Of a stretch of DNA of 64,000 nt, positions 1 to 11,575 are shown piece by piece. The position numbers and the translations under genes were made by a program. The notes beneath the pieces are model-generated. The model made no database searches and was not told where the DNA came from. It saw only the letters and a program-made list of their open reading frames with translations. Position 1 is the stretch's first letter. Each line of letters begins with the position of its first letter. This stretch comes from Vicugna vicugna. Taxonomy: Eukaryota. The DNA lies in the NCBI GenBank assembly GCA_013265495.1, contig MU058198.1:3918419-3982418 (forward strand), read 5' to 3'.

Positions 1-578
1 GTTTCTCTCTCTGTGTATCTGTGCCAGATGTTTTCCTTTCTTCCTTCTTTACTGGAAGGACCTCCACATTCTTCCCTCCTTGGAAGAGGACTTAAAAGGT
101 GGCTGGTGGGGGATCCCCGAATCCCCAGGTGTGTGCACAGCTGTTCCCATTGTCCATTCATACGAAGCCTCGGGACACCCACCACCCAGGCAGCCCTGAG
201 GGAGGCATTCACCTTTCCGTGTTAGAACAACATGACCAGAAATCAAAGATGTCAGAGCCCCGAAGCAGCTAATGTAATAAGCACTCATGTATTAAAGGTT
301 TTGCCTTGTCGTAACCAAACAAGCTGGGCTGTTTGATTTCTTCTGGGTACTTCCTGCACAGACTCACTGCCTGGCCCTCAAACTACCTCACGTCTGCATT
401 GGAAGCTGAGCTTGCTTTGCTCATCCACACTCGAGCCACTGGGAAGGATCCTCCTTTACCTCTTGAGGCCAGCGAGATACGCCCTCCAATGTCAGAGTCG
501 GTCTGTCCCCCATCTGAATCCCTGGAAGCTACTGGGGGCCAGTATGTGTCCAAAAACCCAGCTCCGGCACCCAGGAGC

Positions 579-735
579 TCTGGGACCTTGGGCAAGCCCA
601 CCTAACCTTCAAGCCTCAGTCTTCCCATCTGTACAATGAAACATGGTACGGTATTCTCCTCCATAGAGCTGTGGGGCTTAAATGAAATGTCATGTGTAAA
701 ATGACTAGCACATTGTAAATTACAGATAGATATTA
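579..735 (+). mobile_element. MIR SINE fragment
   Basis: MIR core motif gaccttgggcaag...cctcagtcttcccatctgtacaatg...gggcttaaatgaaatg. Confidence 0.75.
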
Positions 736-767
736 ATTTTCAGATGAACTCTAGGTAGAGTGAGCAT

Positions 768-1107
768 TGTCTTAGTTGGGGCTGCTATAACAAATACTAT
801 AGATCAGGGTGACTTAAACAACAGACATTTATTTCTCAGTGTTCTGGAGGCCAGAAAGTCCAAGATCCAGGTGCCAGCAGATCTGTTCTGCAGTGAGGGC
901 TCTCTTCCTGGTTTGCAGACGGCCGCCTTCTCACTGTGTCCTCACATGGCGGAACCACTAACTCCACTACAAGAGCCCCACCTCTGTGATCTCATCTAAC
1001 CCTAATTTCCTCCCAAAGGCTCCATCTACAAATATCGTCACATCGAGGGTTAGGGCTTCAACTTGTGAATCTGGATGGTGGGGAGGAACACCATTCAGTC
1101 CACAGCC
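768..1107 (-). mobile_element. MaLR solo LTR, MLT1A0-like
   Basis: tgtcttagttggggctgctataacaaatac...ttctggaggccagaaagtccaagatc...ggttagggcttcaac; 5-bp TSD agcat/ggcat. Confidence 0.85.
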
Positions 1108-1280
1108 GGCATGCTTGCAGGAAGAGAGGAGCCAAATAAGAGCTATTCTTCATTGGTGCGGGGTAGGGGGGCAGTGCACTTTGCACAGGCTCCGAGAGCA
1201 CTGGGAGGAGAAAATGGAAGGACATTTGAATATTTTGAATATTGATTATTGAATGTTTTGAATATCAGATAGTGTGAGCA

Positions 1281-1438
1281 GGGGCAGGGAGGGTATAACT
1301 CAGTGGTAGAGCACATGCTCAGCATGCCTGAGGTCCTGGGTTCAATCCCCAGTACCTCCATTAAAAATAAATAAATGAATACCTAATTACTTCCCATCCC
1401 CCCCAACAAACAAACAAAAATAAATTTAAAAAAAAAAA
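1281..1438 (+). mobile_element. tRNA-derived camelid SINE (Vic-1-like)
   Basis: A box (taactcagtggtagag), B box (gggttcaatccc), A-rich tail; TSD agtgtgagca (1271-1280) / agcatgagca (1439-1448). Confidence 0.9.
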
Positions 1439-1574
1439 AGCATGAGCAATCAATGTCACCTCTGCCAGCAGTGACTCCTGGATTGCTTGTGGTGCACGCC
1501 AGCACTTCACCCTTCCAAACAGCTTCCCCCTTCAGGCTCTAGTCACTCAAGGGGGTAGAGTTACCATCATAGGA

Positions 1575-1712
1575 GCTCATGCTTACCTGACATTGCTAGG
1601 TGCCAGGTCGTAGTCTAGCACCATACACATATTGCATCATTTAATCCTCCCAGTAATAGTCCCATTTTACCGAGGAGGAAACTGAGGCAAGAGAGGGTAT
1701 GTGACTGCCCAG
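1575..1712 (-). mobile_element. MIR SINE fragment
   Basis: catcatttaatcctc...cccattttaccgaggaggaaactgaggcaagagag is the reverse MIR core. Confidence 0.75.
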
Positions 1713-2077
1713 ACTTCATCCCCGCTACAGGCTCAAAGTGCTGGGAAGCCAGGCCCTTGCCCGCACCCTCACACACAGCGAATTTTATAGGAGAGTGCAG
1801 ACTAGTAACACTTTATTTTGTTTGACGCTTGAGAGTCGTTGCATGCAAATTACACACATACATCAAATTATCTCATCGGATCTTTAAAAGCACCCCACGT
1901 AGGGTAGGAATTATGATCCATATTTTGGCAGGTGAGGAAATAGAGGCTCGAGGAGAGTGTCTTAGGTGCTGAAGAAAAGAGCCTGCATTTATAGCCAAGC
2001 CTCTGCTTCCTAATTTGACTGATTTCCTCTTTCTGCCTGCATTTGCCAAACCTGAAACAGCCCTTCAGCCCTTGTGA

Positions 2078-2440
2078 AGTGTTTCATATCTGCATACCAC
2101 ATCGACCATTATTTATTTAATGTTTCTCTTTCAATTGACTTGCTTTTTACTTCAATAAATACATCTCGAAAGTGAACTTTATATCACTGCTATAAAAAGA
2201 AAACGAGAATGGCTTGCCATAAGCAAATGGTAACTGGGAAAATAAATACAGTTAAGAACAACACAATCATGCCGTATTCTAGCTGCTGCCTGTTCTAAGC
2301 CAAAGGCCGGCTGCCTGCTATTTGTAAAAAGGATGTAACTGGAATGTTAGAAAGATGTTAAGATATTCTAGCACCAAAGAAGACGCTTTGCTTGGCTTAA
2401 TCAGGAGAACTGGAAAGGGAAAAAACCTTCTCACTATTAT
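2078..2440. mobile_element. hAT-Charlie DNA transposon remnant (Charlie4a-like)
   Basis: aactttatatcactgc...cttgccataagc...ttctagctgctgcc...gttagaaagatgttaagatattctagcaccaaa resembles the remembered Charlie4a consensus. Confidence 0.6.
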
Positions 2441-3414
2441 TTCTCTCTAATACAGCGGCCATGTGTCAGGTCAAATGATCTCAACCGACACTTTGGGGAA
2501 AGAGGCTGCAGGCATCCTTGGAGAGGGAAGGACCTGAGAGATGGAGCAAATAGGTGATGAATACCCTGAAATGGAAGAAGCAACAGCCTGCAGCCCTGGG
2601 AACTAGGAGTTTGCCAAAGACAAGGCATCCGGGGAGTTGATCAGAGATGGGGAGGAAGGTCCCAGGGGCTTAACTAGCTGGACGTCTGCTCTGGGCACCA
2701 AGTGAAAAGCTTTCTGCAAAGGCCAGAGAACTGGAGGAGAGAAGTAGGCACCTGACCCCTGGAAGGACCGCCCCGCACCATCTAGGTCTGCTCCCTGCAA
2801 GGTACTGGTGCGTGGGACCTCAGAGTGCCTTTGCTTGAAGGCTGCGCAGCTGAACCCAGCAGGCTGGCATCCAATAAATATTCATATCAACACTCCCAGT
2901 TTACAGCCAGGATCCTGGGCAACCCTGATCATCCAAATCCTTGTGAGGAGGATTCACATTCACTAGACCCCACCCCCCGCCGTGTGCCAAGCAATGTGCC
3001 GGGAACTTCTCTTATTTGTCTCACTTAATCCTAACATTTGAGGTAGGTACTATTGTTAAACCCATTGGATTGATGTTGAAACTTGCAAAGAGACAGCAAA
3101 ACAGATACTCCAACCAGCAACTGTCTGTCTCCAAAGCCTCTGCAATAGCCACTCACTAAGCTTTGCATCACACTTCTCAAATCCATCCATTCCTCCATCA
3201 TTGACTTCCCACTCACCTTCTCCCAACAATGCAGCTCCCTTTCCCAGCCCACTCATTTTCAGACCACCAGCATCGTGCCACCAATCTCAAGACCAGAATC
3301 CTTGGGCTTCTCTTTCATGCTTCTCTATCCTGCAGCCCCCAGAGCTGATCTTTCTCCAAGTTCTGTCTCTACCTTTCGCATAACATTCAAGCAAGCAAAA
3401 CCTGCAGCTGTGTC

Positions 3415-3625
3415 TGCTCAGATTTGAATCTCAGCTCTGCATTTATCAGCCACAAGAACATTAACAAGATGATCTCTCTGTGTCTCAGCTTCCCCAGCTG
3501 TAAAATGGACACAAAAATATTCCCTACTCCATAGGTTTGTGGTGAGGATTAAGTGAGCTTATTTTCATAAAGCCCTTGGAAATATACCTGAAACACAATG
3601 AGCACCACGTGGTAGCTATTATTAA
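3415..3625 (+). mobile_element. MIR SINE
   Basis: tttgaatctcagctctgc...tctcagcttccccagctgtaaaatgg...gtgaggattaagtgag. Confidence 0.75.
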
Positions 3626-3919
3626 TTAATACTGTTCTCAGATTTACATTTGTCCTACTGGGCCCTTTCCCACCTACACAGTCTTATTTTCCAGATTGTA
3701 TCAACGCACCCCTCTACTCTAATCAAGCCAGTGTCCACACTGTACCTTGGCTATACCATACTTATTCCCAATTCTCTGGCTTTGCTGATCCCTGCCTGCC
3801 ATGTTTTCCCTTCTCCTCTCCAAAGTCCGTCCATTCTTCAAGGCCAAGCTGAAGCCTCACCCCTTCCATGAAGTCTTTAGTGACTCCTCGGGCCACATAA
3901 TCTCTCATTTCATGGCATC

Positions 3920-4460
3920 CATTCATTCACTGATTCATTCATTCGTTCATCTAGCACTTATTACCGAGTACCTACTGTGTGTCAGAAACAGCCATAATCC
4001 CAACAGATATGACCCCTGCCCTCGTGGAACTCTCAGTCCAGTGTGGGAGACAAGCACTAAACAAGTAGACACACAAATGAACATTTATAGTTGTGATCTG
4101 TGTCATAAAGGGAAAATATAGAACAAAAAGTCCAAAGTAAATAGAGAGCTCTAATTTTGATGAAGGGTCAAGGAAGAAGAGTTGACATTTATAATCATAC
4201 TTAAAGGTAGAATTAATGTTATCCAAGTGAAAAAGGTTCATGTAGAGGAACCAAAAACAGCACGTGCAAAGGTCCTGAGATTGGAGAGACTCCATCAACC
4301 CCACAAAAAGCCAGTAAAGGTGGAGCACAGAGCGAGAGAGTAACATCAGATGAGACCCAAAGAAAAGCTGGATCCAGAGGATGTCTCATGACAGGCATGT
4401 TAAGGATTTTGAATTTTGACCCTAAGTACATTCAGAAGTTACTTAAGAGTTTTAATCAAG
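3920..4460 (-). mobile_element. L2 LINE 3' fragment
   Basis: (cattcatt)n start, ttattaccgagtacctactgtgtgtcag, tgcaaaggtcctgag, ttaaggattttgaattttgaccctaag. Confidence 0.75.
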
Positions 4461-4918
4461 GATCCATTAGAGACATTCTAATACGTATGTTCAGAAATTT
4501 AGCATATTAGGCACCCAGCGAAATACTAGTTACCTAAATCTTATCTTTAGAAATACTTCTTTAGGCACTTGTATCATCGCCTGCTTTGTCCCCAGTCTCT
4601 GGTAGATGGACGTGTAACCATGAATTGGACATGACCTTGTCCCCAGCACTGCTGATTGGATCACAGACTGTACCTGAGCTAAGGCTAGCCAGCCCCTTCA
4701 TGGGGCAGTCAGTGGACTGAGACTTATGACTCAACTTAAAAAGGTAAACTGAGCCAATCAGATGATCTCTGCTGGAATTTTAACTAAGAGACACAGAAAT
4801 TAGTTGCTAGTTGGCTAAGGGGAGCAAAACAGAAACTATATAAAGGAAGCTTTGGGACTAGGGCAGCCATAATGGGCTAAATGCAAGCTGAGGTTATTTT
4901 AAAAAACAAAAAACTGTT

Positions 4919-5107
4919 GGGGACAGAAGGTATAGCTCAGTGGTAGAGCATATGCTTAGCATGTATGAGGTCTTGGGTTTAATCCCCAGTGCTTCCATCA
5001 AATAAATAAATAAATAAATAAATAAAACCTAATTCCGCCCCCCCAAATGTATACAGTGCAGTATGTCAATTATATCTTACTAAAACTGGAAGGAAAAAAA
5101 ATTTTTT
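4919..5107 (+). mobile_element. Vic-1-like SINE followed by an L1-type 3' terminus
   Basis: tRNA-like head, (aaat)n, acctaattccgccccccc, then tgtatacagtgcagtatgtcaattatatcttactaaaactggaaggaaaaaaa; flanked by aactgtt (4912-4918 / 5108-5114). Confidence 0.85.
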
Positions 5108-5704
5108 AACTGTTTGGTAATGAGAAAACAACCCCACAAAGTCTTCCCATTGTACTTAAATAAAATCCAAATTTTCCCGTGCTCTCCAAGGTCTTGCATT
5201 ATCAAGACCACACTAGCTTATCCATCTGCATTCCATGCCACCTTTCATCATGTTGCCTACACTCCACTCATGTGCCCTCCCTGTTGAGTTCCTTGTGGGG
5301 GTGGCTGAGAGTCCCTCTTAGGGACAGCAAGACTGAAACGGTACTTAGGATGTTAACAGAAGCGAGATCAGAACCTCAAAGCCAGTTCAGTTCACAAAGA
5401 GCCAAGACTGAGAAAGAACGAGGGACCAGAAACCAAGCGGCGGTGTCTGAGGGCTAGTAAATCAACAGCCTAAAATCAAAGCCAGCCTAGAGGGGAGGGC
5501 AAGGCCAAGCCACCAAGCTGAAAGCAAGCAACCCCTGGATGTTAGATTAAATTGGTAGAATGCTGATTCCCTCTTTGTAAATAAAAACGAAACCAACCAA
5601 AACCACCCATTTTAAGATGGTGGTCAGGACAGCATAGGTCCTTCTCTGATGTTTTAAGTAAGAACCCTTTTGGCTGCAAGTGACACCCAGTTCTAACGTG
5701 ACTA

Positions 5705-6560
5705 GATTGTTACCCATCAGGTAGACTAGGCTGTCTGTTGTAACAAATTCCCAAATCTCCAGGGCTTAACCAAAAAAAACCCCTTGTATTTATTTCTTGC
5801 TCACACAAGTCCAACGTAGGTGTTTCTGGCTGAGTAACCCTCCTGGATGGCTCTGCTCCAAGCTGTAACTCAGGGAACCGAGCTGCTTCTGTCCTCTAGC
5901 TCTGCCATCTTGTGGCTTCAGGGTTGTCCTGATGTCATCACCTGGGTATGGGGTGGAGGGGGAGAGGAGAGGGGTGGTGAGAAGGTGAGGGATCATGCAC
6001 CTAATGTGAATCACCTTGACCCAGAAGTAACCCTCTTCGTGTCACGTTTCATTGGTAAGAACAGTCACATGGTTCCAGCGAGATTCCAGGGAAGGTGGTG
6101 CTGAGAATGCCACCCATGGCTGGAGGATTTCTTCCCAGTAAAAACTCTACATAATATAAGGCATGCACTGATCTCTGGCAAGTGACTAGTCATCTCCGCC
6201 ATTCAGCTTAAGTAAGAAAAATGTTTCCGCCGTAAAAAGAAATCTCAAGATAAAGGGGCCCCAAGGTTAGTTAATTCAGCAGCTCAAAGATAAATCCAAG
6301 GACCCAAAGTCTCCACTGTTTCACACTCCCATCCTTAGGCCAGTAGCCATCATACCCAGATACAATGTCCTATCATAGAAAGATGCAACACCCAGCAGGA
6401 GGGCTCCCTGTTTCCTGCGCGTCTTTAAGAGGGAAGAAACCTTTCTCAGAAGTTACTCCATTAGACTTTCCCCTTATTTTCTCTGGCCAGAATTGGGTCA
6501 CACGTCCACCCTTAAGCCGGTCACTAATAAGGGATATAAAGTTACCACGAGGGACCCAGA
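5705..6560. mobile_element. Old MaLR LTR fragments (MLT1J/K-like)
   Basis: ctaggctgtctgttgtaacaaattcccaaatctccagggcttaac; cattggtaagaacagtcacatgg; ggccagaattgggtcacacg. Confidence 0.6.
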
Positions 6561-7555
6561 CCAGTGGCTGTCAGCCCTGGATGCACATTAGCACCATCTG
6601 GAGATTTTTTAAAATACAAACGTCCAGGCACGTGCCTGCCTTCCCCCTCACCCCCGCACTCACCTCGCAGAGATTTTTAATTGGTCGAAAGGGAGCCTGA
6701 GCTTCAGAAGTCACCAATGATCGTTGAAGGAACAAAGTCCATTCACATTCTTGCTTCGTTTGCTCTATAGGATGTTTATAAAAATCAAGACCTTTAAGTG
6801 ATAAAGCAAATGGGGGAAAATGAGAGCAACTGATGAATCTGGATAAAGGCTACAGGAAGGAGCTTTTTTCATTCTTGCAATTTTTTCCATAGGCTTGACA
6901 TTATAGCAAAATTAAAAGTTAGCAGGAAAAAAGGAAAATGGGAACCCACACATCAAAGCCAGGATGTTTGGCTTCTCTTGAAAATCTGGGGAAACTGGGT
7001 CTGTATTCCTGCAGAAAAATAAAAAGTAGATCCAACAGTAGTTCCCAGGCCCTGATGAAGTGCCTCCAGGGCAAAGATCTGAGCATCGGTGTCATTAGCA
7101 GGAGCTCAGGTGAGTCTTAGAATCAGGCTTGGGAATCACTCTCTGGAACCCTTTCCATTTTTATTCATTTTCTTCTATCCTCTTCCATCCTCTAAGTATA
7201 GCTGGATTATTTTCTGCCAAACGCGGCACCTTGCACTTGCCCACACTGAAGCTCGTCCTTGGCAGCTCCTCTGCCCACTCTCGCAGCCTGCTGAGATCTT
7301 CCTGCGCCTTACCGCCAGCGGCTTGGCATTTCACTACCTGGCAGAGCTCAGTGGCATCAGCGCATGTGGCGCTCTCACCACTTCCTCCTCCAGATCAGTT
7401 AGGCAAATGTCAGCTAAGACCCGTCCCAGCGCTGACACCCTGCTGCTGTCAATTAATTAATTAACTAACTCGTAGCAGCCCAACCAAGTGTCTGGTTGCA
7501 AGCAAAAGAGGCCAACTGAGGTTAACATTAAGCAGCAGAGGGATTTCGTGTACGT

Positions 7556-7790
7556 CAGGGCTTCCCAACAGCGGTACAACTGACATTCAGGGCTGGATGG
7601 CTCTTTGTTGTGGGGGCTGTCCCGTGCATAGAAGGACGTTTAGCAGCATCCCGGACTTCTACTCACCAGAAACCTGTAGCAAAACTGCCCCTTTCTGCTC
7701 CCCAAGTTGTAATGACCCAAAATGTCTCCAGACATTGCTGAATGTTTGGGCTGGGAGAAGGGGGATTAAAAGTCACTCCCAGTAGAAAGT
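7556..7790. mobile_element. MER20 hAT MITE
   Basis: ctttgttgtgggggctgtcccgtgcatagaaggacgtttagcagcatccc...aaatgtctccagacattgc. Confidence 0.85.
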
Positions 7791-7864
7791 TGAAGAACTA
7801 AGCCTTAGAAAAGCTGGCACTCGGAGACAACGTAGGGTTCTACTCGGCAGGAACTAATAGGTGG

Positions 7865-8452
7865 TTGAGTTTGAATCCTGGCTCCAACATCTTTCAGTTG
7901 TGTGACTTTGGACCAGTGACTTAATCTCTCTGTGCCTCAGTTTGCTCATCTGTAGAGTGGGATAATAGGATCAGTGGGGTTATTCAGTGAAAACAACCCC
8001 CAAATATCGGTAGCTTAAAACACGCTATGGACCCAATGTGGCCAGCTAGGGTTTCACTCACATTGCCCGCTCCAGGAGACCCACTCTGGGAGAGGCTCCA
8101 CCAGCTGGACATTACTGGTCAAAAAGAATAAGTCATTGGAGAAAAGAATAAACTGTCTCCTAAACGCTTCTACCTGGAAGTGATCCACATCATTCCTTTC
8201 CTAATTTGTTGATCAAAACAAGTCACGTGGCTAGGCTGAATTTAAAGGGGATAGCAAAGTAAAAACCTACCATATGCCTGGAGAAAGGAAAAGAGGAAAT
8301 GTTGATTGATAAAACAGCACTAGTGTCAGACACAGTGATAATAATACTGCCCTTGTAAGTTTGTTGGGAAGAGTAAACCAATTAATACATACAAAGGTTT
8401 TAGGACAGTGCCTGGCATCTATCAACTACTCAATAAATATTGGTTTATTATT
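7865..8452 (+). mobile_element. MIR interrupted by an MLT1J-like LTR (about 7970-8333)
   Basis: MIR 5' half ends catctgtagagtggg and resumes gataataatactgcccttg...ggacagtgcctggc after an LTR-like insert. Confidence 0.65.
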
Positions 8453-8484
8453 ACTGATCAAATCAGCAAGTGTTTACTGAGCTC

Positions 8485-8832
8485 TGTGATGGTTAGTTTT
8501 ACGTGAATAACCCAGCTGTTCCATCAAACACTAATCTAGGTGTTGCTGTGAAGGAATTTTACAGATGTGATTAACATCCATAATCAGTCGCTGTTAAGTA
8601 AAAAGGAATTATTCTCAAAAATCTGGGTGGCCTGATGCAATCAGTTTTAGGGCCTTAAGAGGAAACCAAAGTCTTCCCTAAAGAGGAAATTCTGCCTGTG
8701 AACAGTGGCATCAGCTCTTGCCCCAAAGTTTGCAGGCTGCCCTTCTTAACAGCGCGCACCGTGGATTTCAGATTTGCCCAGTCCGCCCCACAATCACATA
8801 AGCCAATTCCTTGCAATAAATCTCTTTACAGT
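8485..8832 (+). mobile_element. ERVL LTR, MLT2D-like
   Basis: tgtgatggttagtttt...caaacactaatctaggtgttgctgtgaagg...ccacaatcacataagccaattccttgcaataaatctct. Confidence 0.8.
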
Positions 8833-9132
8833 CTTAACCCTCAATATCCTCTCCCTCCCTGCCTCCTCCCCTCTTCCGACCACTTCGTTCAAAGGCATAA
8901 ATTCTGGGTTTTATTCCCCACTTCTGTGCTGACTCATTTCTGGTTTCTGACCCTTTTGTCCTGACTCCCCAGCCTCCTGTGTGGAAATTTCCCAGCTTAG
9001 TCCTCATCCCCCTGGTTCTTTCCATGTCCTGCTGCCAACTTACCTCCTTAAGAGATCTAGCAGTTTCTTCCCCTGTATTGGGTGTCCTGAAGGCTAAAGA
9101 GCTTCGGAGAGCAGGGATTTTGAGCCACATGA

Positions 9133-9656
9133 TGTTGGGGCCCAGGGCAGGCTGCCCCCAAATAGGCCTCAGTGGTATATTGATTATTTTGTAGTAAAGC
9201 TCAGACACAGCTACTGTAAGAGGGACAATCTGACCCTCCTCCATCTTTCTGGAAGCAGGAAATACATCTTCCATGTGAGAGGTACCTCCTGCGTCTGGAG
9301 GGAAGAGGACACCCTTACCATCAGAGAGAGGGAATACGGGGCAAGAAAACCATATAAACAAAACTTGTTACTTCTTTAATTTACTGCCCCAAGCCCAAAC
9401 TGTTTAGATTCTTCACGAATTAAGCACCCAAAGCCTAATTTTCTTTGTCCAGTCAATTCCCCCTAAATTTATTATTTCTTTGTCTAAAAAGTAGAAAAGC
9501 TGCCTGCTTTCTCATCCCATTTCTATGACTCCTCTGCACACACAAATTAACATTGGTTTCTTTTTCTCCTGTTAATCTGTCTTTTGTCCATTTTATTACT
9601 AGTCCAGCCAGAAGAACGCAAGAGTGGTAAAGAGGAAGATTTCCCTCTCCCTGACA
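9133..9656 (+). mobile_element. ERV1 solo LTR, MER34/MER39-like
   Basis: TG...CA termini, perfect 4-bp TSD atga/atga, ttttctcctgttaatctgtctttt 3' motif. Confidence 0.85.
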
Positions 9657-10301
9657 ATGACCATGACCACATCGCCACGTGGAACTCTGTCTGCTGCCCC
9701 AGCCCCACCTTCCCTATCTTTAAAGCAGACTCAGTTCAAGTCCGTGCTCTGTGATGTTAAGCAAGTTGCTTTCTATGCTTCAGTTTACTCAGCTGCTGGA
9801 GGGGGGTCAGGATATACCATCTCGAAATATGCCATGTTGGCGTAAGGATTATTTTGAGCTGAAGGCAATCAAGAAACAGCAGATGCAGGAAAAGCTCTCT
9901 GTGTTCCTCCCGCTTTCTGCCTAAAGGCAAGGCATAAATTTTCCTTTGTGAAGGTGCCCCCACTCCTCGAACCTGTACCAGGAAGAGGAAACAACTCTTA
10001 TCACTGGTGATGACACCAGCTTGAATTTGCATAAAGAAATTGGACTGAAATAACCCTTATCGTCCATCATTTCCCTCACATACTTACCTTCCCACAGTTC
10101 ACTGCCTCTAGCAGCCCAGGTCCTTTCCCTCTATCTCGTCACCTCTCCACAAACGCACTGCACTTTGTTAAAATGGCATATAGATCACAGACCTAACCAC
10201 TTCTTTGAGTTTTTACTTCCTTTTCTGTAAGATCCCCTTGGACATGTAAAAATAACAATAGCAATAATAAAATAATAACAACAAATACAATTTGTATGCT
10301 T

Positions 10302-11335
10302 TGCAGGGAAGCGAAATTTGCCACCCGAAATATGTGTCTTGTTGGCATGAGGATTAATTTAGGTTGACTCTTTTTTTTTTTAAAAAAAAGAGACGTTGAC
10401 CTCCGCTTTACCTCTGTAATAGAGGACCTGTGCCAGGAAAGGAGTTATTACCATAGAGAAACATAGTAAAATCTTATCAAAGTCCATTTGTTAAAATTCC
10501 TTATCATGGAGGAACTTATCAAAGTCCATTTGTTAAAATCCCTCTCTGTGTCGCACTGTATTTGGTGGCCCAGCAGACATTTATTTACCAAATATGGGGC
10601 CAACTGGCATCTTTTAAGGTCCAATAACCGCCATTCCTGGGCTCTAAAATGCCTAGGAGAATCCCTCAACAGATGAAGAGCATTCTTTACTGGGCGTGTT
10701 CGCCCTAACAAACTAACATCCCCAGGTAATGCCTAATCTGACAGTAGCTCAAGCTGGTTTGTTTCAGCCCACTTTATCAGAGTCATAAACCCCGCGGCCC
10801 CTTCACTGTTACTAAACTTCTTGCCTCATTTGCAACCAATCAGAGACTTGTGCACAAGGCGATCAGGTAGCTTGTGACCTGACCTTATAAAAGACCCCAA
10901 CAACTGGCCCCCGGCACTCACACAGACACCTCTCGTCTGTGTGGCCCACTGCTGTCTACGACAGCATACCCTAATAAACTCCTTTTCTATTCTCCTCCTT
11001 TGCTTTTGGTGAATTCTTGAACTGCCTATGACACCGACCGCTGCCTGTGTCCACAACAAACATTTGCTTTTCTCCACGCCAATTGCCTTCCTTACCTTTG
11101 AAGTCCCAAACCACTACCCTCAACATCCTCTTTTGTCTTTAGCTGAAAATGGTATTTAAGGTGAGGGCTTCAAACACTTTGACCAGTTACTCAGTTTCCC
11201 TGGGTCTCTCCCACGTATACATGTTATCAAACTTTTGTTGGATTTTCTCCTGTTAATCTGTCTCATGTTAGTTTAATTCTTAGACCAACCACAAGAACCT
11301 AGAAGGGAAGAGGAAAATGTCTTCTTCCATTGACA
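10302..11335 (+). mobile_element. MER34-group ERV1 solo LTR 'B' nested in LTR A (itself interrupted at 10593-11055)
   Basis: TG...CA termini, TSD gctt/actt, ttttctcctgttaatctgtctc 3' motif. Confidence 0.8.
10593..11055 (+). mobile_element. Solo LTR 'C' nested in LTR B
   Basis: CCAAT (aaccaatcagagac), TATA-like ttataaaa, aataaa, ends ccaca; 5-bp TSD ccaaa/acaaa; homologous to 13936-14385. Confidence 0.75.
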
Positions 11336-11575
11336 ACTTCTTCTGTTACCTGTCAGTTGTCAGTTTAATTTGCATAGCCCCATTCACTGAACAGAAGAGT
11401 GTAGAGGAAAAGATTTTTCCTCCTCTAGACTACAAAGTGGGAATCACAATGGAATCTATCTTACTGAATGCAGTGAGGACTAAACCAGACAAATGCTTGT
11501 GTAGCACTTAACACATGACCAGCTCACAGTCAATGTTTAATAAGTGAGAACTTGTTAAATAATTACCAAAACAAG

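Larger units (their letters stand above)
9797..11429 (+). mobile_element. MER34-like ERV1 solo LTR 'A' (interrupted at 10302-11335)
   Basis: aaatatgccatgttggcgtaaggattattttgagctgaaggc 5' motif; halves rejoin as tttgtatgctt|cttctgttacctgtc; TSD ctgc/ctac. Confidence 0.8.
9735..11550 (+). mobile_element. MIR split by nested LTRs (MIR parts about 9735-9796 and 11430-11550)
   Basis: ...cttcagtttactcagctgc | aaagtgggaatcacaat...gtgaggactaaa rejoins to the MIR core catctgtaaaatggg. Confidence 0.7.

Noticed and set aside
1281..1360. tRNA gene (and six similar copies)
   Set aside because: A/B boxes are present, but the copies are mutually diverged with A-rich tails and, in several cases, TSDs: tRNA-derived SINEs, not tRNA genes. 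The recurring MEVLGIEPRT ORFs are their antisense reading.
8834..9361. Longest ORF (175 aa)
   Set aside because: Spans an LTR boundary at 9133 and has no recognisable domain; chance ORF.
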